The notes under the pieces are model-generated. The model did no database searches. It was not told the DNA's origin and saw only the letters and a list, made by a program, of their open reading frames with translations. 9,208 nt of DNA. Origin: a virus (Duplodnaviria > Heunggongvirae > Uroviricota > Caudoviricetes). Each line of letters begins with the position of its first letter. Within the stretch, counting starts at the first letter, position 1. Below, piece after piece: positions 1 to 5,145 of this stretch. A program made the position numbers and the translations under genes. Where the stretch lies: IMG/VR virus record IMGVR_UViG_2526164634_000013, positions 1-9,208 of that record. One strand, given 5' to 3'.

Positions 1-1
1 C

Positions 2-172
2 ACCATTGGCGATAAAAGCATTTACCTGTATGACCTGCGCCGCATGGATGAAATCATGGAGGCTCTTGATAATCGTTCGTCGATGGATTGGTGTGTTGCT
101 GTCCATGATATGAATGCCGGATTTGATGAAAGGATTTTGTTCCCCTCATCAGTTGAAAGCACTGCGGGTTAA
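2..172 (+). CDS. 3' end of an upstream gene (partial, function unknown)
   Basis: Reading frame 2 is open from the window edge to TAA at 170-172 (…SVESTAG*). No start codon in window and no recognisable motif. The stop overlaps the AAGGAG Shine-Dalgarno of the next gene. Confidence 0.3.
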   Translation, partial: TIGDKSIYLYDLRRMDEIMEALDNRSSMDWCVAVHDMNAGFDERILFPSSVESTAG

Positions 173-182
173 GGAGTAACAC

Positions 183-1412
183 ATGACCACTATTACCAAA
201 GAACGTATTGAATTGTTCATTAAAAATCCGCTTGAAAACGGGCTTACCCGTGGTGAACAAATGGAACTGGCACGGATTGCGCTGGCATCGCTGGAAGCAG
301 ATCCAGTTAAACGAGTTAACTCAGATCAGATGCGCCGAGTCTGCTTAGAAGCTAATCGCCATTTAGATAAATATGACGCGATGGCGAAAGAGGTAAATAA
401 GTTGCTTGGACGCATCGCCCCGCCAGCGCCGGTAGTGCCGGAAGAAGCAACTCCGGAAAACGTAGAAATGCTCTCTGGCTATGTTTCCACGTACAAATTA
501 ACCGATAGCGAGCGCGATATTGCTACCGAAATATGGAACGCCTGCCGCGCCGCCATGCTTCAGTCCGGAAACTTTCGGGAAAACAAGAATTCGTCAACCA
601 ATAATTTTCGGGAAATCGCGGAAACGTCAACCAACTATCCGGCAATTCCTAGTGAGGTGTTGTCCGCAATCCTGAAGGTTGCCAGGATTCGTGCCGATTT
701 CGATGATTTTGACGGTGACAGGCGAGGTATCGGTGATTGTCTGGATGAGGCTGAGCAAGAGCTTATCGTTACCATTAACAAATATGCCAGTCAGTTGGCA
801 GCAGAACCGATAGCGACTAATGACGTTCGAGAGCAGCAGACAGCCGTTCCGCCAGTTCCGGAAATACAGGATGATGTCGCGCAAGCAATTGAAAATCTCA
901 AGCAGAAGTTAGTGGAATGCAATCGCTATAACTACTGCGCAGATGCAGTTAAAGGCGTAGAGGATGCCTGCCACGCTGCCATGCTTCAGGGTAGCCAACC
1001 TGTAAGCCAAACTTACAAGTTGCCAGTTAATACACCTTGCCAAGATGCGCCAGCCCATATCTGGCTGCAAACGGCTGGAGTATGGCCAGAAGATGGCGAG
1101 TTAAGCGAATTAACGTGGTGCAGCCACAATCAGCACCATGATGACACGCTATATGTTCGAGCTGACCTTGTGAATGGCAACTCTCCGGTAACTCCGGATG
1201 GTTGGATAAGCTGTAGTGAGCGAATGCCGGATACCAAAACAGCCGTTCTTGTTGCCAGGGAGTTTGACAGGAAAGGTGACTGGCGAATGAAATGGGCGAC
1301 TTACATCCCGGGTCATCCTGACGCTAATGATGGGTGGATAATACCTGGTGCGTCGTGGATACCATCACACTGGATGCCTCTACCAGAACCGCCGCAGGAG
1401 GTGCGCCAATGA
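183..1412 (+). CDS. Prophage protein with C-terminal DUF551-like domain; N-terminal ~300 aa of unknown function
   Basis: 409-aa ORF with ATG at 183 preceded by AAGGAG (171-176). The C-terminus (…WISCSERMPD…WIIPGASWIPSHWMPLPEPPQ) matches, from memory, the W-rich DUF551 signature ending in HWMPLPEPP seen in enterobacterial prophage proteins. No database search was run. Confidence 0.75.
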   Translation: MTTITKERIELFIKNPLENGLTRGEQMELARIALASLEADPVKRVNSDQMRRVCLEANRHLDKYDAMAKEVNKLLGRIAPPAPVVPEEATPENVEMLSGYVSTYKLTDSERDIATEIWNACRAAMLQSGNFRENKNSSTNNFREIAETSTNYPAIPSEVLSAILKVARIRADFDDFDGDRRGIGDCLDEAEQELIVTINKYASQLAAEPIATNDVREQQTAVPPVPEIQDDVAQAIENLKQKLVECNRYNYCADAVKGVEDACHAAMLQGSQPVSQTYKLPVNTPCQDAPAHIWLQTAGVWPEDGELSELTWCSHNQHHDDTLYVRADLVNGNSPVTPDGWISCSERMPDTKTAVLVAREFDRKGDWRMKWATYIPGHPDANDGWIIPGASWIPSHWMPLPEPPQEVRQ

Positions 1413-1492
1413 ACTGGCCTGAAGCATTTGCAATTACAGGCGTTGCTATGGCTATAGCTTTTTTAGTATATGTTATTTGTCGGTGGGGGTAA
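1409..1492 (+). CDS. Micro-ORF, 27-aa hydrophobic peptide (MNWPEAFAITGVAMAIAFLVYVICRWG), putative single-pass membrane peptide
   Basis: ATG at 1409 overlaps the TGA of the upstream gene (ATGA coupling). AGGAGG at 1396-1401 sits 7 nt upstream. A hydrophobic stretch of about 20 residues is followed by RW. Too short for the supplied ORF track; translated by hand. Confidence 0.4.
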   Translation: MNWPEAFAITGVAMAIAFLVYVICRWG

Positions 1493-1527
1493 AAACGTTC
1501 GCCGGGATTAACACCAAAGGAGGGAAT

Positions 1528-1632
1528 ATGTCGGATGATATATCACTGGCAATGGAAGGTGCGCTGGCTGTTGTTGCTGTTGTGGGCGTTTACTGCCTGG
1601 TTGTGTTTTTGATGGATCGACTAGGGAACTGA
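1528..1632 (+). CDS. Micro-ORF, 34-aa hydrophobic peptide (MSDDISLAMEGALAVVAVVGVYCLVVFLMDRLGN), putative single-pass membrane peptide
   Basis: ATG at 1528 with AAGGAGGG at 1517-1524. Acidic N-terminus followed by a ~20-residue hydrophobic helix. Not in the ORF track; translated by hand. Confidence 0.45.
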   Translation: MSDDISLAMEGALAVVAVVGVYCLVVFLMDRLGN

Positions 1633-1640
1633 ATTCATTA

Positions 1641-1662
1641 CGATATGGGAATTCCCATATCG
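1641..1662. repeat. Perfect 22-bp palindrome CGATATGGGAATTCCCATATCG
   Basis: The sequence equals its own reverse complement and contains a central GAATTC. It lies 9 nt after the stop of the 34-aa micro-ORF and about 35 bp upstream of the predicted hok promoter. No U-tract follows, so it is not a classical intrinsic terminator. Confidence 0.6.
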
Positions 1663-1673
1663 GGTAAAAACGG

Positions 1674-1702
1674 TTTGCGGTAAAGCGAGAGTTAAGTAGA
1701 AT
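1674..1702 (+). promoter_or_regulatory. Candidate sigma70 promoter of the hok transcript (-35 TTTGCG/TTGCGG, -10 TAGAAT at 1697-1702)
   Basis: TAGAAT matches the -10 consensus at 5 of 6 positions, with a 16-17 bp spacer to a weak TTG-containing -35. The predicted +1 near 1707-1709 coincides with the 5' arm of the long-range complementarity to the mRNA 3' end. Confidence 0.4.
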
Positions 1703-1878
1703 TGCAGCGGGTGCTTGAGGCTATCTGTCTCAGGCATGAACACCAAAAGGCAGATAGAGAAAAGCCCCAGTTAACATTATGCGTCCTGCAAGACGCTTAA
1801 CATTAATCTGAGGCCCAATCTATGTCTCACAAATGTAGGTTAGCCTCTTACGTGCCGAAAGGCAAGGAGAAGCAGGCT

Positions 1879-2034
1879 ATGAAGCAGCAAAAGGCGATGT
1901 TAATCGCCCTGATCGTCATCTGTTTAACCGTCATAGTGACGGCACTGGTAACGAGGAAAGACCTCTGCGAGGTACGAATCCGAACCGGCCAGACGGAGGT
2001 CGCTGTCTTCACAGCTTACGAACCTGAGGAGTAA
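1879..2034 (+). CDS. hokD: Hok/Gef-family type I toxin (51 aa, small membrane-depolarising peptide)
   Basis: The product MKQQKAMLIALIVICLTVIVTALVTRKDLCEVRIRTGQTEVAVFTAYEPEE has the Hok/Gef hallmark: N-terminal TM helix and conserved TRKDLCEV…R…G…EVA.F.AYE. From memory it matches E. coli HokD/RelF very closely. The family call is secure; the exact paralog name is by recall only. An in-frame upstream ATG at 1822 with GAGG SD gives the 70-aa track ORF. Confidence 0.85.
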   Translation: MKQQKAMLIALIVICLTVIVTALVTRKDLCEVRIRTGQTEVAVFTAYEPEE

Positions 2035-2082
2035 GAGACCAGGCGGGGGAGAATCCCTCGCCACCTCTGATGTGTCAGGCAT

Positions 2083-2097
2083 CCTCAACGCACCCGC
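2083..2097 (+). promoter_or_regulatory. 3' fold-back element of hok mRNA (fbi-like), complementary to the predicted 5' end at 1707-1720
   Basis: 1707-1720 (GCGGGTGCTTGAGG) pairs antiparallel with 2083-2097 (CCTCAACGCACCCGC): 8 bp plus 6 bp with one bulged C. This is the architecture described for hok mRNAs, where the 3' end pairs with the 5' translational activator region. Confidence 0.5.
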
Positions 2098-2103
2098 ACT
2101 TAA

Positions 2104-2128
2104 CCCGCTTCGGCGGGTTTTGTTTTTT
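2104..2128 (+). terminator. Rho-independent terminator ending the hok transcript
   Basis: Hairpin CCGC-TTCG-GCGG (2105-2116) followed by GTTTTGTTTTTT. Confidence 0.75.
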
Positions 2129-2200
2129 CCTGGCATTCTGGTTTACAATTCGCACACCAGCCTGAACAACTGGCACCTGCTGCGCCAGCAGAGACAACCG

Positions 2201-2479
2201 ATGGCGCACGATACCAAATTACACAATTCTGATGATTCTGCCGTCTTTGCCAGCAGGCACGGGCGGCGTTCCCGCACTTTCAAATCTGACTGGTTCCAGC
2301 ATCCCCCATGCACTGAAGAACAGGCCGAGTGGCTAATTCAGTGCTACCGCAGACACGGATACGAGATTAAGAAAGCCCTCAGCCTCGATTATCGTCACTG
2401 GATAATCTCCGTCAGGCTTCCTTACTCCGAACGCCCACCGCGTCCGTCCCGCACATTCCAGCAACGCATCTGGAGGTAA
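2201..2479 (+). CDS. Small basic hypothetical protein (92 aa); Rem-like by position only
   Basis: ORF with ATG at 2201 chosen because the track start at 2072 would overlap the hok terminator. The SD is weak (GAGA). The TAA stop at 2477-2479 sits 1 nt before the GTG start of the next gene. Sits where rem sits between hokD and ydfU in the Qin prophage, as I recall that order. Confidence 0.45.
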   Translation: MAHDTKLHNSDDSAVFASRHGRRSRTFKSDWFQHPPCTEEQAEWLIQCYRRHGYEIKKALSLDYRHWIISVRLPYSERPPRPSRTFQQRIWR

Positions 2480-2480
2480 C

Positions 2481-3527
2481 GTGCGGGTATTACTTCGACC
2501 TGTTCTGGTACCGGAACTCGGGCTGGTGATCGTTAAGCCGGGCCGTGAATCCATGCCGGTATTCCACAATACCCGGGTACTGGTGGAGCCGGAACCGAAA
2601 AGCATGCGTAATCTGTCGTCCGGGGTCGTTCCTGCCGTTCGCCAGCCGCTGGCGGAGGATAAATCATTACTGCCATTTTTCAGCGACGAACGAGTGATTC
2701 GTGCTGCTGGTGGCGCTGGCGCATTGTCTGACTGGTTACTGCGCCATGTTAAATCCTGCCAGTGGCCACACGGCGATTATCACCACAGTGAAACCGTCAT
2801 TCACCGTTATGGTACCGGCGCAATGGTGTTGTGCTGGCACTGCGACAACCAGCTGCGCGACCAGACCTCCGAATCACTCGGGCAACTTGCTCACCAAAAC
2901 CTGTCTGCATGGATGATTGACGTCATACGCCATGCAATGAATGGCTCGCAGGAACGGGAATTATCGCTGGCTGAATTATCCTGGTGGGCGGTCCGCAATC
3001 AGGTGGCGGACGCGCTACCGGAAGCGGTATTACGTCGTTCGCTGGGGTTGCGTGCGGAAAAAATCCGCTCAATGTACCGTGAAAGCGACATCGTACCGGG
3101 AGAGCAGACCGCCACCAGCATACTGAAGCAGCGCACAAAAAATCTTGCGCCGCTGCCTCACGCCCACCAGCAAAACCCGCCACAGGAAGAGACGGTGGTC
3201 AGCATTGCCGTTGATCCTGAGTCTCCGGAATCTTTCATGAAACGACCTAAACGTCGCCGCTGGGTTAACGAGAAATACACACGCTGGGTGAAGACACAGC
3301 CGTGTGCGTGTTGTGGTAAGCCAGCCGACGATCCCCATCACCTGATTGGTCATGGTCAGGGCGGAATGGGGACAAAATCTCACGATATTTTCACGCTACC
3401 GCTGTGTCGGGAGCATCACAACGAGCTTCATGCGGATCCTCTGGCGTTCGAAGAAAAGTATGCTTCTCAGGTTGATTTAATTTTTCGTTTTCTTGATCAC
3501 GCCTTTGCAACTGGCGTGCTTGGGTAA
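2481..3527 (+). CDS. ydfU: DUF968 (YdfU-like) prophage protein with C-terminal Cys/His HNH-like motif
   Basis: 348-aa ORF with GTG start at 2481 and GGAGG at 2472-2476. The C-terminal segment CACCGKPADDPHHLIGHGQGG…LPLCREHHNELH resembles a zinc-binding HNH-type module. The length matches the roughly 349-aa YdfU of Qin as I recall it; the family call is by recall. Confidence 0.75.
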   Translation: MRVLLRPVLVPELGLVIVKPGRESMPVFHNTRVLVEPEPKSMRNLSSGVVPAVRQPLAEDKSLLPFFSDERVIRAAGGAGALSDWLLRHVKSCQWPHGDYHHSETVIHRYGTGAMVLCWHCDNQLRDQTSESLGQLAHQNLSAWMIDVIRHAMNGSQERELSLAELSWWAVRNQVADALPEAVLRRSLGLRAEKIRSMYRESDIVPGEQTATSILKQRTKNLAPLPHAHQQNPPQEETVVSIAVDPESPESFMKRPKRRRWVNEKYTRWVKTQPCACCGKPADDPHHLIGHGQGGMGTKSHDIFTLPLCREHHNELHADPLAFEEKYASQVDLIFRFLDHAFATGVLG

Positions 3528-3539
3528 AAGAGGTGACTG

Positions 3540-3899
3540 ATGCTCATAGATTTGGTTTTACCTTACCCGCCGACGGTGAACACTTACTGGCGACGCCGTG
3601 GCAGCACATATTTTATCTCGGAGGAGGGAAAGCGTTATCGCCGTGATGTGGCGCTTATTGTTCGCCAGCAGCAACTGAAATTAAACCTGTCCGGAAGGCC
3701 GGCAATAGAAATTATTGCAGAGCCACCGGATAAGCGCCGTCGTGACCTGGACAATATCCTGAAGGCACCACTGGATGTACTGACGCATGCGGGGCTGCTC
3801 ATAGACGACGAGCAGTTTGATGAAATTAATATTGTGCGCGGTCAGCTTGTTCCTGGTGGGCGGTTGGGGATAAAAATCACAGAACTGGAGTATGCATGA
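3540..3899 (+). CDS. rusA: RusA-family Holliday junction resolvase
   Basis: 119-aa product with PPxxNxYWRRRG…RRRDLDN…DDxQ…GGRL, matching the RusA catalytic acidic-residue pattern. SD AGAGG upstream. The stop overlaps the next start (ATGA at 3896-3899). Confidence 0.88.
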   Translation: MLIDLVLPYPPTVNTYWRRRGSTYFISEEGKRYRRDVALIVRQQQLKLNLSGRPAIEIIAEPPDKRRRDLDNILKAPLDVLTHAGLLIDDEQFDEINIVRGQLVPGGRLGIKITELEYA

Positions 3900-4585
3900 A
3901 TAACCAGTATTTACAGTTTGTTCGTGAGCAACTCATGATTGCCACCGCCGATTTGAGTGGATCAACAAAAGGGCAGCTTGAGGCCTGGCAGGAGAATGCC
4001 ATGTTTGATACAGGGCGTTACAGGCGTAAAAAAATCCGGTACCGCGATGAAGTGACTGGAAAAATGATAACGCGGGATAATCCACCAATCCCGGGAAAGC
4101 AATCGCTGGCGAAGGGGGCGTCAATTCCTCTCGTCAGTCCGGTTGAGTTTTTGACATCATCGTGGCGGCGGGCTGTTCTGTCTCTTGAAGAACATCATAA
4201 AGCCTGGTTGTTGTGGTGTTACAGCGGGAGTATTTGTTGGGAATATCAGATCGCGATAACGCAGTGGGTGTGGAATGAATTTAAAACCCGGTACGGCACC
4301 AGAAAAATTGCAGGGAAAACGCAGGAGCGCGCGAAGAAGTTGATCTGGCTGGCGGCACAGGATGTCAGAGGATGGATTACCGGGTGTGAGGTCTACCAGA
4401 GACAGGAGCTTGCCAGACTGTGTGGAGTTAAGCCTGATAACTGGAGCCATAATTATGCGAACTACTGGCGTGAGATGTGCGATATTTTTAAGAGTCTCGA
4501 TAGAGAATCTGTGATTTGCACCGTGAAAATAAGAGCGCAACAAAAAGCGACTTTTTCACGACGAGATATTGCAAAAGTCAATTAA
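3896..4585 (+). CDS. Putative late-gene antiterminator Q (long Q-like family, QuuQ/YdfT-type)
   Basis: 229-aa ORF translationally coupled to rusA, with GGAG 5 nt upstream. It is the last gene before a promoter-like AT-rich stretch and a strong terminator, which is the canonical Q position in lambdoid phages. The family is inferred mainly from synteny; I cannot confirm by motif. Confidence 0.55.
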   Translation: MNNQYLQFVREQLMIATADLSGSTKGQLEAWQENAMFDTGRYRRKKIRYRDEVTGKMITRDNPPIPGKQSLAKGASIPLVSPVEFLTSSWRRAVLSLEEHHKAWLLWCYSGSICWEYQIAITQWVWNEFKTRYGTRKIAGKTQERAKKLIWLAAQDVRGWITGCEVYQRQELARLCGVKPDNWSHNYANYWREMCDIFKSLDRESVICTVKIRAQQKATFSRRDIAKVN

Positions 4586-4644
4586 ATAGCGTACGTTTCG
4601 TATAAATCTGATATTTTGCCGATTTTGTACGCGATGGCAAAGTA

Positions 4645-4675
4645 AGAAAAAAACTGCCGTCAGGCGGTTTTTTTT
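4645..4675 (+). terminator. Strong intrinsic terminator downstream of Q (tR'-like), flanked by A-run and T-run
   Basis: AGAAAAAAA, then stem CTGCC-GTCA-GGCGG (one G-U pair), then TTTTTTTT (4668-4675). It is about 60 nt downstream of a TATAAAT box (4601-4607). Confidence 0.7.
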
Positions 4676-4797
4676 ATGCCCAAAATCGCGTCAGTACAGT
4701 AAACACGCTGGTGGTTGCGAATACGGGTCTTTCAGCTTGCTGGCTTTTTCGACAAGAGTTATTGGTATGTCACGTTAACCGGAAAAAGGAAAAAGAC

Positions 4798-4995
4798 ATG
4801 CTAAAACAGCAGGATATGACAGAAACCGCCAGAGTGGTGTTTAATGAATTAAGCGTTACCGAACCGGCGACAGTCGGGGAGATAGCGCAGAATACTTACC
4901 TTTCACGCGAACGCTGCCAGTTAATACTGACTCAGCTGGTTATGGCGGGTCTGGCAGACTATCAGTTCGGTTGTTACAGACGCCTTCCGCAGTGA
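4798..4995 (+). CDS. Small helix-turn-helix DNA-binding protein (65 aa)
   Basis: ATG at 4798 with AGGA 8-11 nt upstream. The segment ATVGEIAQNTYLSRERCQLILTQLVMAGLA has an HTH-like pattern. The track start at 4711 is an in-frame extension lacking an SD. Confidence 0.55.
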   Translation: MLKQQDMTETARVVFNELSVTEPATVGEIAQNTYLSRERCQLILTQLVMAGLADYQFGCYRRLPQ

Positions 4996-5006
4996 AGGCT
5001 TTTTTA
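4982..5006 (+). terminator. Intrinsic terminator overlapping the stop codon of the HTH gene
   Basis: Stem GCCTTC (4982-4987) / GAAGGC (4994-4999) with loop CGCAGT, followed by TTTTTTATTT. Confidence 0.6.
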
Positions 5007-5023
5007 TTTGTGGTAAATGGGCG

Positions 5024-5052
5024 GCTGGTGGGTGTTAGGGGCACCCACCAGC
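5024..5052 (+). repeat. Perfect 11-bp-stem hairpin (GCTGGTGGGTG / CACCCACCAGC, 7-nt loop) in the methyltransferase leader
   Basis: Exact inverted repeat with no following U-tract. A second 7-bp-stem hairpin lies at 5095-5113 (CTGCTTT-GCGCA-AAAGCAG). Confidence 0.6.
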
Positions 5053-5145
5053 CATCTGCTCATGCGTTGGGTTCACAAGCAAACCTCAGGCCCACTGCTT
5101 TGCGCAAAAGCAGAATGAGCCTATCAGAGACAGGCTTAATGATCC

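Noticed and set aside
1822-1878. Using the 70-aa track ORF (1822-2034) as the hok gene boundary
   Set aside because: Hok-family toxins are about 50 aa and begin at the MKQ… methionine (1879). The upstream in-frame start is discussed as a possible mok-like element, not called as the toxin start.
2072-2200. Longer N-terminal extension of the 93-codon ORF (track start at 2072)
   Set aside because: It would be translated through the hok 3' hairpin and terminator (2104-2128) and has no SD. The start at 2201 is preferred.
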